Assembly: GCA_051362555.1 (NCBI GenBank)
Contig: CM120648.1
Location: 15,620,587 to 15,684,586, forward strand
Direction of reading: 5' to 3'
Source of the DNA: Lingula anatina
Lineage: Eukaryota > Animalia > Brachiopoda
Length of the DNA: 64,000 nucleotides
Below the pieces are notes generated by a model, which worked only from the letters and a program-made list of their open reading frames with translations, was not told where the DNA came from and did not search any database. Of this stretch, positions 52,201 through 62,364 are shown piece after piece. The translations under genes were made by a program, and so were the position numbers. Within the stretch, counting starts at the first letter, position 1. Each line of letters starts with the position of its first letter.

Positions 52201-52966
52201 ATGTGCAGAGGACATTAACATTTTGGCAGGTCTTAGGGGGAACTGGCTTGCGTACGGCTGCACCTTTAGGGGTAACAAGGAGAGGTCAGATGACCCCTGG
52301 CAAGATATTAATTGGGACTTGTGAAATAGGACACTTCTGAACTCTTGCCTTCATTTTAGCCCTCAGTACCACCCCAGAGCTTTGCCTAGAAACACGAAGC
52401 ACAGGCAGCCCTTTCGTCAGTACTTCCCAGCAAGAGTCAGCTTCTTAGTTTCATTCAGGGGGGGGGGGGGGGGGGGCTTACTCACTGACTACTTGACAGT
52501 TTAGCAACCAGGAACCTCTTATGATTGGCATATTACCCAAGAAAACCAAATACTGTAGTTCCCCATAGCATAACTATGAGAAATAACAAAGGACGCCGTT
52601 TTATTTACCCAGAAAATGATATTTTTATGGACATTTTAAATATTCGATTTGCTGCAGCTCAAGCTTTTGCCTCACAAAAAGACGGGTACGGGTCCATATT
52701 CTTTTAATGTTTCGATTCACATATTGTTTTGAAAAGTGCATTATGTTATTTTAAATGGTATTGTATTTTGATATACATTTTCTTTTCATGTCTTTAAATA
52801 GACTGCCACTTGAAATGTCTGGCATCAGTGCGCTGTGTGAGTACCATTCACATTTCCCTGATACATTGTGTATAAAGTAATTATAATAACTTTTTCAGAT
52901 CGGGAAGTAGATTTACACCCAACACTCAGGGACACCCAAGTATGAAGATACAGACACACGGCACTG
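33481..52966 (+). CDS. Putative secreted/membrane Cys-rich TNFR-like protein (partial, possibly disrupted). Exons 33481-33510, 34515-34584, 36311-36363, 37076-(37255 / 38239-38270), micro-exons 43868-45028, 52899-52966
   Basis: Phase-consistent GT-AG chain gives MVGHLIYFAVVISTAVTEA (signal peptide) TSQAKCENAFSCWKGEKRGVCTGIGQTINATKDNETTCWCEEYNGYSPDRPKECWEQGTPSACVCTQCPNGSRP..., then S/T/P-rich stalk exons. No TM exon was found in the window. Confidence 0.55.
34606..36061. mobile_element. Foldback-type MITE (copy 2 of the 1043-2577 family), intronic
   Basis: CCGGTGTAACATGAAAAT ... ATTTTCATGGTACACCGG, with long similarity to 1043-2577. Confidence 0.85.
37076..37255 (+). CDS. Cys-rich exon of the TNFR-like gene (interrupted by a MITE)
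   Basis: Acceptor TTTCTCAG at 37075. Encodes DNETTCWCEEYNGY...CVCTQCPNG. Confidence 0.6.
37256..38235. mobile_element. PIF/Harbinger-like MITE
   Basis: CAG|GGCCCGGTTTCATCAAGGCTGGATA ... TATCCAGCCTTGATGAAACCGGATC|CAG, with a 3-bp TSD. Confidence 0.8.
39233..39533. mobile_element. MITE with CCC termini and TA TSD
   Basis: TA|CCCAACTACCAGACTCGGCACCGA ... TCGGTGCCGAGTCTGGTAGTTGGG|TA, about 65-bp TIR. Confidence 0.85.
39637..40745. mobile_element. Harbinger-like MITE (39637-40389) plus an adjacent related right-end fragment
   Basis: TCCTCGTCACACTAGAGGCGGAATG ... CATTCCGCCTCTAGTGTGACGGGGA with about 200-bp arms. A second end GTGTGACGGGGGT is at about 40732-40744. GCATTC/GAATGC-rich. Confidence 0.7.
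41944..42180 (+). mobile_element. tRNA-derived SINE
   Basis: A box TGGCTTTGTGG and B-box-like GAGTTCAGACCC at tRNA spacing, followed by a GC-rich body and an A-rich tail. Confidence 0.65.
43390..45300 (+). repeat. Tandemly duplicated intron/micro-exon modules
   Basis: 43400-43580 resembles 44565-44770, and 43860-44370 resembles 44790-45300. A third partial unit is at 44380-44510. Confidence 0.8.
47157..48074. mobile_element. MULE-like MITE with GGACAATTCCCC arrays (copy 3)
   Basis: Same ends as 17510-18371. TSD TTGTATTT (47149-47156, 48075-48082). Confidence 0.85.
48548..48829. mobile_element. MITE with perfect about 65-bp TIRs
   Basis: TGGTAAATGTGAGGTATCC...CCCTGCCTCA and its exact reverse complement. 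Flanks TTGATTT / CTGATTT. Confidence 0.8.
49279..50496 (+). mobile_element. Tc1/mariner element with degenerate, internally deleted transposase
   Basis: TA|CACACACTGGACAAAAGAAGTGTCACCCC ... GGGGTGACACTTCTTTTGTCCAGTGTGTG|TA. Motifs GRPRKTTGREDRRL, FSDECRF, MVWDCIS and IIRSRGNATKY across broken frames. Confidence 0.92.
51680..52440 (+). pseudogene. DIRS/Ngaro-type retrotransposon ORF1 (gag-like) fragment
   Basis: PLHAQVDTKLKDKIWGNQFIELALVL, FTTVFYSFTSVY, then broken-frame LLKY...GNWLAY..TFR...PWQDINWDL. This pattern is recalled from invertebrate DIRS/Ngaro ORF1. Confidence 0.65.
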
Positions 52967-53789
52967 GTAAAAATGAGACATTCTCAGCAAAATAAATCAA
53001 GTTTAAAAGACAAAATGTCCAATAAACATTAAGGTAGCTTATGGCATGAGAAAAAGTGTCTGGTACAAATACATTGTTGCTAAAAACGCTAAAAGCAGCA
53101 TTTTTAAAAACTGAGATAGGTCTTTATTTCTCTTTTGATAATTTCTGCCGGGTATGAGACAACCTGCAACCGGTGAATATGTAACCCAATATAGTTATTT
53201 AAGAGCATATCCAAATAGTTAATTATATTATAGTTTTAACATGGAACTTTAATAATGTTTTCCCATGCATATACTGCTATCAAAATACATACCTAGGGAT
53301 GTTATATGACCATGGCGATATGATGATCACTGAAGCCTGTCCATTTAGCCAAGCTTCAGTGAAGATCGAGGGTAACCTCGAGCCGCTACCCAAAAATGTC
53401 TCGCTTCACTCGACATTTCTGCGTAGCGTCTCTCGGAGAACTCGGATTTAACCTCGATGTAGTCTAGAATTTCACGACTACATCTTGGTTAAATCAGTCG
53501 CGGTCTCTTAAATGCTGAAAGCCAAAGACAGTGATTATGTGACCTTCTTGGCATCAAGAGAATAGTGACGTTGCTTACGTTATATACCTACCAGTAGACA
53601 AATTTAAAATCTCTCACACTCTTAAAAAATTAGCATAAACTTTTCACGTTTAACAATTATTATTTATCATTTTATTACACTAAGTCATGTCACATGGGTA
53701 TGGTTTGAAAACGGGAATTAGTTTACATTTAAGCCACACGTGTATACAAATTATCTGTAAATCCATAACTTTTTAACGAGGGTTGTATT

Positions 53790-54245
53790 ATTATTTACCT
53801 TTTGTTTTTACGCTGTTCATTCTTCCTCTTTATCAGATATATCAGTAAAAATCAAATGTATTCCCCCTTTGAATTTGTAATTACATACAGCACATGAATG
53901 CTCTGAATACCAGCACATGTATATTCCGAAACTGCCTCGTAGTAAAAAATGTCACCAAAACGTAGAATTATTACACCTGTGGACTTGAAATAAACATCCG
54001 TTTGATTTTGACTATATTCCGTAACCGCCTCGTCGTCAGAAATAATAATTAAAAAATAGAATTTATACTCCCCTGAACTTATAATAAACATCCGTCGCTT
54101 TTGACTATATTCCAAAATTGCCTCGTTGTCAGAAATATCACCAACAAGTACATTTCTTTCTCCTTTGCACTTGTGAAAAATAAGTTTGACTATATTCCGG
54201 TCCGACGCTCCTTTTTTATCAGAAATGTCACTAAAAAGTAGAGGT
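53790..54245. repeat. Degenerate about 110-bp tandem repeat
   Basis: Recurrent TTTGACTATATTCC...GCCTCGTCGTCAGAAAT units at about 53920, 54007, 54100 and 54185. Confidence 0.6.
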
Positions 54246-54758
54246 TTTGCCTTGGGACCTTTTTTCCGCAGCAGTCCCAGCTAGGTGTGGCTCAGCTGAG
54301 ACGCGCATGGTCAGTGTCAACGGTTGATTAAATACTTTTCAAGTAAATGAACGTCCACGACAAGTATTTAACCAAAATTGACCAAATTGGTCAGACATTA
54401 CGTAAGAATTTGGCGGGAGGTGACCAGCGCACGTGGACGAGTTTATTTCATATAACATCTCTAGAGCATGATATAGGGTCACTTTATTCGGTTTTAGGGG
54501 TGTTTTAGGATGAAATGATTGTATTTTTTCTCGGTATGTATGTCAAATAATACACTGTCACCCTCTCGCGATATATGCCATGAACACCTCTCGCTGACGC
54601 TCGAGGTGTTATGGCATATATCGCTCGGGTGACAGTGTATTATCTCACACATAATATCTTTTCAAATTCTGAATTGTCACAAATTATCTCAAATGTACTT
54701 CAAACAAAAAAAAAATGAGAAAGAATCACACAGAGGTATATATTCTACTTGCCTTTAA

Positions 54759-55170
54759 GCCGGGGTCACACTGCGCTTGCAACCTTTTGGCAACCTCTTT
54801 GCAACCTCAGTCGCAAGGAGGTTGCCCTAGGTTTTAAAGTGGTCGCATAAGGTTGCTAACAGGTCGCCTGCGATCGTTGATACATGAAGGCCATATTTTG
54901 TGAACCGACAACCAGTGCGACTAAAGATGAAAAATATCGGTATCCTACAGGTTACCTGTCGGTCTCCACTTGGTTGCCTTACTATTTGTAACTGCACGGT
55001 CGATTGACAGTATTTAGTCGACTGGTCGTTTACAAGTTTTTTACCAGTCGCAAGTAGTCTGAAGCAGGTCGCTAGAAAGTTGCAGTTGTAACTACGCGGT
55101 CGATTGACAGTCTTTAGTCTCTTGGTCGCTAACAGGTATTCTACCGATTGCAGGCATTCGGTGGTGGTCT
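54759..55170 (+). mobile_element. Harbinger-like left end (GGTCACACTG family)
   Basis: TAA|GCCGGGGTCACACTGCGCTTGCAACC. Strongly similar to 62365-62780. Confidence 0.7.
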
Positions 55171-56065
55171 ATTTGGACAAAGACGTTTTTCATAATTTGT
55201 CATGTATGCCTCCTAAATATCAACATCATAAATTATAATATTTTAGAAAAAGAAAAGATAAATTGCATTTGTTGGCAAATATTTATTCTAATTGCCAGGG
55301 CTTTCATATACCACGTATTTCAAACTTAGGCCACACTTTTTTATTTTTATGGATGACATCCTCTGGGTACCCCAAAATCGGTGCGCGAGGGCGAAAAATA
55401 AAACCGTCCAAAAAAAAAAAATACTGCTTAAGTAAAGGAATGCTGTCAGTACACAGCTGGAAACACAAATTTTACCACAGTAACACGTATCAAACGAACA
55501 ATATGTCTTTATCCATGCTCTAAAAATATTAAAGCATTGTGAATACTTCGTAGAAATGTAAAAAAGTCATGAATAGATATACTTCATATTACCAAATCTA
55601 TTTAAGGTTATTTCATGAATTCAGTTGGTATAGCAATCAATAAAACAAATATGATGGCTGACGGGGAGGAGTACGTGGTTTGCTGAGCTGCGGGAATTTG
55701 CCATCGGATCAAGGGATGCACGAACCAGAAAAAAGTACGGGGTGAGTGACAGTATCGTGAAGACACCGTGCATCGATGGAAATATTTGATTCAAACTATA
55801 CTTTGTGAAAAGACCGTTTTTTCGGGCTTTTTAGAATTGATGATATTCGATGACCTTAGTTGCATACGCTGAGAACTGCTTACAAACTCATGCGAACACT
55901 TCGCAATACCGAGATATTTGATGACCTTAGTTGCATACGCTGAGAACTGCTTACAAACTCATGCGAACACTTCGCAATACCGAGAAAGCCCAATAGCCCT
56001 GTTAACCACAATTACAATAGCCATCTTACAAGTAGTCATTACGATCGTGATCCAACTATTCAAAT

Positions 56066-56921
56066 ATGAGTGTAACCAGCAAGGCGAAAGGCCGTGACGC
56101 GACGCACTCGGAATCAAGAACAAAACGCCTCTTTTCTGAACTTTCCAACTCTAGTGGGGAAGAGTCGCCTCTCATCATGAAAGAATTAACGGACATCAGA
56201 ACTGAATTAAAGAAAACAATAAAAAGTGAAGTGGGAGAAGTAAAATGTATGGTAGAAGAATTGATGAAAAATATGACGGAAATGATAGAGTCGAGGCTAC
56301 TAGAGTTGGAGAAGAAATTTGATGAAAAGTATGGGATTTTGAAAGATGGATATGACCATTTAACCGTTGAAAATGAACTACTGAAAAAAAAAATACACGA
56401 AAATAAAAAGGAAATTGCAAAGTTAACAAAAATGGCGGAAGAGGCGTGCCAAATGTCGAAAGCAGCACAAATCAAAGCGAACTATAATGAACAGTACTCG
56501 CGTAAAAACAATATTAAAATTTATGGAGTTAAGAGATGAAAACACGACCAATACAGTGGCAAAACTACTCCAACAAGAAGTGGATGTCAAGGTGAACATG
56601 GATGAGCTTTTAGCAGTCCACAGAATACCAGGCAAACAGGGCCAAGAGAGACCGATTCTAGTGAAGGTGAAAAATAACGACGTGAAGGCGCGTATTATGA
56701 AAAAACGATCAGCTGTGAAGAAGTCCGGAAAAGGAATCAAATTTGCAGACGATGTGACGAAATTAAATATCGAACTTCTACACAGGCTGAATGAAAATGA
56801 GTCAATTGAACAAGCCTGGTTTTTCAACGGGAACGTTTATGGAAAAGCAAAGAATAGCGAGACCAAGATTAAATTTGATATATTTGACATAATAGACGAA
56901 AAGATAAAGAAAAGAAAATAA
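56066..56921 (+). CDS. LINE ORF1 (coiled coil + RRM-like), one frameshift near 56535
   Basis: Coiled-coil region, then EQYSRKNNIKIYG. Continues in another frame as AVHRIPG...RPILVK...FADDVT...AWFFNG. Confidence 0.85.
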
Positions 56922-57230
56922 ACAAGATGTCATTTATTCGGTGTATTGAACTTACTATAAATATATGCTAATGCATCGTATTGACCGATGGACACTGGTT
57001 TTTCTAGCTGGTAATTGAGTCAGTCATGAAGAATATTGTGTGTAAGTGTAACCTCTATGTGGCGTGTAATGTTGTATGTATGTTTAAGTGTATGGATGTG
57101 GGAGCATACTGGACTCGAATACAAGAGACGATAATTTATTGCAGTAAAACTTGTTTCATAAGAAATCACTATTTACACCAGATAAGGTACTACCAGTATA
57201 ATAACCATTACCTATTGCTAATTATTGAAC

Positions 57231-60200
57231 ATGGCGAGTATTAAAATAGGGTGCATGAACTGCAGGGGGTTGAGCTCAGATCAAGTAAAAAGGAGAGACT
57301 TTTTTGACAAGTGTAGGAAAAAATATGACGTAGCCCTGCTAATAGATACACACAGTGAGAAAAATGCCGAAGATATGTGGAGAAATGAATGGGGTGGAAA
57401 TGTAATTTTTAGTTCATTCTCTTCAAAAAGCAGGGGAGTAATGGTGCTTCTCCGAAATTTGTTTCAATATAAAATACACAGTAAGATATTAGACCCTGAG
57501 GGGAACTTTGTCATCATGGACATAACTGTACAAGAAACGCGCCTTTCGCTCGCGGCAATTTATGGACCTAACAGTGATTCACCGGAATTTTTCAAAAACA
57601 TCGAACGGAAACTAAGCACACTTGGAAATACTACGATTATTATCGCCGGTGACTGGAATGTTCCGCTTGATTACGTAAGGGACACGCGAAATTACATGAA
57701 TAAAAATAATGAAAAGTCTAATAAAACTGTCCAATCACTAATGAATACTTTTGATTTGATTGATGCATGGAGAGAGCAACACCCTTACGAAAACAAATAT
57801 ACGTGGCATGGCCCTCATCACAAACAAAGTCGCCTAGACTATTTTCTTATCTTGGCCGACTTACAGCAATACTTAGTTGATTCTGACATTGATTTAGCAT
57901 ACCGCTCTGACCATTCACCAATATCAATAGAATTTAGATTTATTAATCAGAAAAGAGGCAAAGGGACGTGGAAATTAAATAATAGTCTATTGGGAGACCC
58001 AAACTACATCTTGCTAGTAAAAGAAACGATTACACAAGTCTTAAATGACTATAGAACAGAAAACACTGCTGAATATCCAGAAACTTTGTATAGTATAAAT
58101 GATCACTTGCTTTGGGAGATGTTGAAACTCAAAATAAGAGGCAACTCGATTCGATATTCCACACAGAAAAAGAAAGAGAGAGAAAAAGCTGAAAAAGACC
58201 TAGAAGAAAGACTAAAAATCTTATATGCTACAACTGGAACAAATTTGGATAAGGGTGAAATATTTAAGGTGGAATCAGAACTTAAAGAGTTAAGAGAATA
58301 CAGAATAAAGGGTATAATAATGAGAACAAAAGCGAAGTGGAAAGTAGAGGGTGAAAAAAGTACGAAGTATTTCTGTAATTTGGAAAAACGAAACTATGTT
58401 GATAAAAGCATTCCTAAACTAATACTTAAAAATGGAACCGAAATTAAAGCAATTGAGGATATTGTCAATGAACAGAAAAGATACTATGCAGATTTATACT
58501 CCTCAAAAGGTACTAAAATCATTAAAAAACATTCTGACTTTAACGATAAAAATCCCTATATCACTAAACTCCCGCGAGAAAATGAAAATATAGACGCGAA
58601 CATTACAGAACAAGAATGCCTAGCCGCTTTGAAACAAATGCCAAACGGTAAATCTCCAGGAATTGACGGTTTCACCGCTGAATTTTATAAGATGTTTTGG
58701 CCTGACATAAAACACTATTTATTACGATCGTTTCGATACTCATACGAAATACAAAGCATGTCCATATCTCAAAGACAAGGTCTGATAACATGTCTACCGA
58801 AGGGGGAGAAAAAGAAAGAATATTTAAATAATTGGAGACCTATAAGTTTATTAAACGTCGACTATAAAATTGCGTCCGCGTGTATCGCAAACAAAATAAA
58901 ACCTTTTCTCAGTCGAATTATAAGTGAAACGCAGTTGGGATTTCTAAAAGGCTGATATATTGGGGAGTGCACTCGGTTAGTGAACGATTTGATAGAAAAA
59001 ACTGAAAAAGAAAACATATCCGGAGTTTTACTACTACTTGACATGGAAAAAGCTTTCGATTCTTTGGAATGGGTTTTCATTGAAAAAACGCTTCACTTTT
59101 ATAATTTTGGGGAAAAAATAGTTAGATGGTTTAGAACACTATATAAGGATATTTCAAGTTCAATACAAAATAACGGACATTTGTCCAATTTCTTTGATAT
59201 CAAAAGAGGAGTAAGACAAGGTGACCCTCTGTCCCCATATCTATTTATCTTATCATTGGAATTACTCAGTTCGGCACTAAAGCATGAGCAAGAAATAAAA
59301 GGAATTACTATCGAGGGAAATGAATATCTACTAAGTCAGTACGCAGACGACACTACGGTTATATTAAGTGATGACAGAGTTTCGCTGGAAAAAACTATGG
59401 AGATCATAACCTTATTTGCAGAATGTTCTGGACTACGCACCAATTTTAATAAAACTGAGGCAGTTTGGATTGGATCAAAAAGGGGGGAAAGGGAAACAAT
59501 AAAAACCAAACTAGAACTAAAATGGAATCTTGAAGGAAAATTCAAGCTCCTAGGTATAAAATACGACTTGTCCAAAGAAGATATATACCATGAAAACTTC
59601 TCTGAAAAACTTCATAAATACAAAAAAGTACTCGATGATTGGTCCTTTAGAACTTTATCCTTGATAGGTAAAATAGTAGTAGTACGAACGATTGCTATGG
59701 CACTGCTAATACAAATGCTCACAGTGTTACCAACTCCCGAGGAAATCTTCTTCAAGGAATTAGAAAAAATAACTTTTGCTTTTATTTGGGGAAGCGCAAT
59801 TGATAAAGTAAAAAGATCAACCATGAAAAGAAATTACGAAGAGGGAGGACTGCGCGCTCCTGACTTTAGGCTTTTAGCAAAATCCCTAAAAATTACGTGG
59901 GTAAAAAAGTATCTAAATGATAATCATAGCAGCGCATGGAAAGTACTTTTGAAGAAAAACCTAGAAAAAATTGGGGGACGTAATTTTTGGTATCTCACGA
60001 AAAATGGCCTTTCACAAACAAAATTTATTTTCAATCCATTTTGGAAAAACGTTATTTCTGCATGGGCAGAATTACAAGATAGCCCCGCAGAGTCGACAAG
60101 CGACATTTTATCACAACCTATTTGGTATAACGAAAACGTGAGAATTAATGATGTCCCCTGTTATTGGAAAAGGTGGTGTGATAAAGGTGTCTTTTTTATA

Positions 60201-61010
60201 TGCGATTTGATTAATGTCTCAGGCGAGTTTTACACTATAGATGAGATCAATGCAAAATATCAATCTAACTTTAACTTTCTCGAACACTTAAGTATAAGAA
60301 ACTCCGTACCACAAAATTGGAGAAAACTAATTAAGGCATATGGTCATAACATAACAGAAGCTAGAAACGAAAACATTTCACTGATTCAGATGAATGAAAA
60401 AGTATCACAGGTATTTTATAAATTGTTCCTTAAAAGGACGTGCCCCAGATATCAGAATCGCTGGGAGTACACTCTGCATTACCATAGCGACGATGATATA
60501 TGGGGGGCGATTTTTGGGGCACCGTTTGAACAAACCGACGATACTCGACTACAAGCCCTCCAGTTTAAAATTAACCACAAGATTTTTTGTACAAATTCTT
60601 TTCTATACAAAAGCAAACGAAGGGAGTCAGCAGAATGTACCTTTTGTCATTTGTTAAAAGAAACACTGAAACACTTATTTTGGGACTGTGTCCATGTGCA
60701 AAATATTTGGACATGTTTGATCAGAAGTTTGAAAAAACATTGCGGACTCACGATAGAAAGAAAACTAGAATATTTTGTACTGGGTACTCTGAATAAGCAA
60801 TTGCCCGGTATATATCTTGTCATCCTTCTAATCAAAAAATATATTACTCTCTGTAGGACAAAATTGGAAATCCCAAACTGGAAAAGCACAAAAACATTTA
60901 TAAAATCATATAGAGATATAGACACGTATTCCAATTATTTACGGACTGAGAAAAAAAGATTAGAAATCACACAGAAATGGGAGAACGTGAAGCTAATTTT
61001 CGAAAATTAA
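57231..61010 (+). CDS. LINE ORF2 (APE endonuclease + reverse transcriptase + CCHC), one in-frame TGA at 58953-58955
   Basis: APE motifs NCRGL, YGPN, GDWN, SRLDY, SDH. RT motifs WRPISLLN, DMEKAFD, GVRQGDPLSP, YADD. C-terminal CTFC...ETLKHLFWDC. The two ORF-track pieces are in the same frame. Confidence 0.95.
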
Positions 61011-62364
61011 AACATGTGGGGTTTCCCATTCTGTCCATTAAAAATGTAATTTATATTAAGTCTACACTTTGTTTCTTTTTTCTTCGCACTAGTATTTTTA
61101 TATATCCATATATTTATTTTATTACGGCTAAAAAGAAAAAAAAAAAAAAAGCCTTGTATCTTAGACTTATTAGCCTATTGTCTACCTTTCTGTAAATAGT
61201 AGTTGTAAAAAGTGATAGTATACTACATTTTTATTTTTTTATACCTTGATAGAAATGGCAAAGTCACAATGATAATACTATGTAGTTGCTCCAAATGTGA
61301 GAGGCATGTGTGCGTGTATGGGAGTGAGAGGTTTAGTTAATTATCCTAGTTATTATTTAGTGTATTTTTGGTATATTCTGGAAAAAAAAAAAAAAAAAAA
61401 AAAAAACAAATATCAATCAAACAGTGTGTCTTTATTTGTATTCTCAGAATATTACAGCATTTTGAACACTTCACAGAAATGTTTAAAAATGATGCAAAGA
61501 TATGCTTAATACTGCCAAATCTATTAAAGGTCAATTCGGACGATGCCATTTTGTCTACTTCAACTCACACGAAGCAGCCAAACTGTCAGGTGGCCTGTCC
61601 GACCTTCAGCCCACCAAATACCTCGACGCCCTTGTCGTCCCTTTTTTCGCTACAGAAAACCTGGTATTAATGTGCTGCTTTGTACAGAATGTCACAGAAA
61701 TTTTTCGGCCGCCGCCAGCCTTTCGCACAATTGTAAAAAGGTGATATCTCCATGCCAAATATCAATGGCATACCAATCCAAAACGATGGCGCCCGTTCTC
61801 TTTATGACTTTTATTGTTGTGTTATTTGAAAGTAATCCTAGAGATGAATTTGACGGCAAAGTGGATGCATTTCCATGTAGCGAAAATACGCATGCGCAGA
61901 AAGCTCATTTCCTGGCAAATTCAATAACGACATTTGCCACAACCGACTTTGTTGGGGGCTGGAGGGGGGGGCTTTTTTTTTTTTTTTTTTTTTTGGAGAA
62001 CGGGCAAAAATCGGTGCGTGCGCAGGATGTCATCCATAAAATAAAAAAAGTGTGGCCTTACGAAATCAAAAAAATAATGTGAAGCTAAAAGCAATGTACG
62101 ATTTTTGACACTACGTTTATTTATTTAATCATTTTGAGAGAATCATAGGTAAAATGCCGAAAACCTTATTTATATATTGCTGTATGGCATTTAAAATTTG
62201 CAAAACCACATTAACAGAGTAAACAATGAAACAAATACACAAATGCAGAGGAAACGGAAAATAAAAAACAATTTAATCAGCACTGTATAATTGATATTAG
62301 ATATCAACATTTCAACCATCAACATTATCCACATATAAATCAACAGATCGTTAAATTATCTTAA

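Larger units (their letters stand above)
55653..61402 (+). mobile_element. Full-length L1/Tx1-clade LINE
   Basis: TSD AAAACAAATAT (55642-55652, 61403-61413), poly(A) tail from 61382, 5'UTR with a tandem about 70-bp duplication, ORF1 and ORF2. Confidence 0.93.
55329..62057. mobile_element. About 1-kb TIR MITE (GGCC termini, TTA TSD) split by the L1 insertion
   Basis: TTA|GGCCACACTTTTTT...GGATGACATCCT and AGGATGTCATCC...AAAAAAAGTGTGGCC|TTA. Confidence 0.8.

Noticed and set aside
56056-56827. Hydrophobic minus-strand ORFs
   Set aside because: Antisense shadows of the A-rich LINE ORF1.
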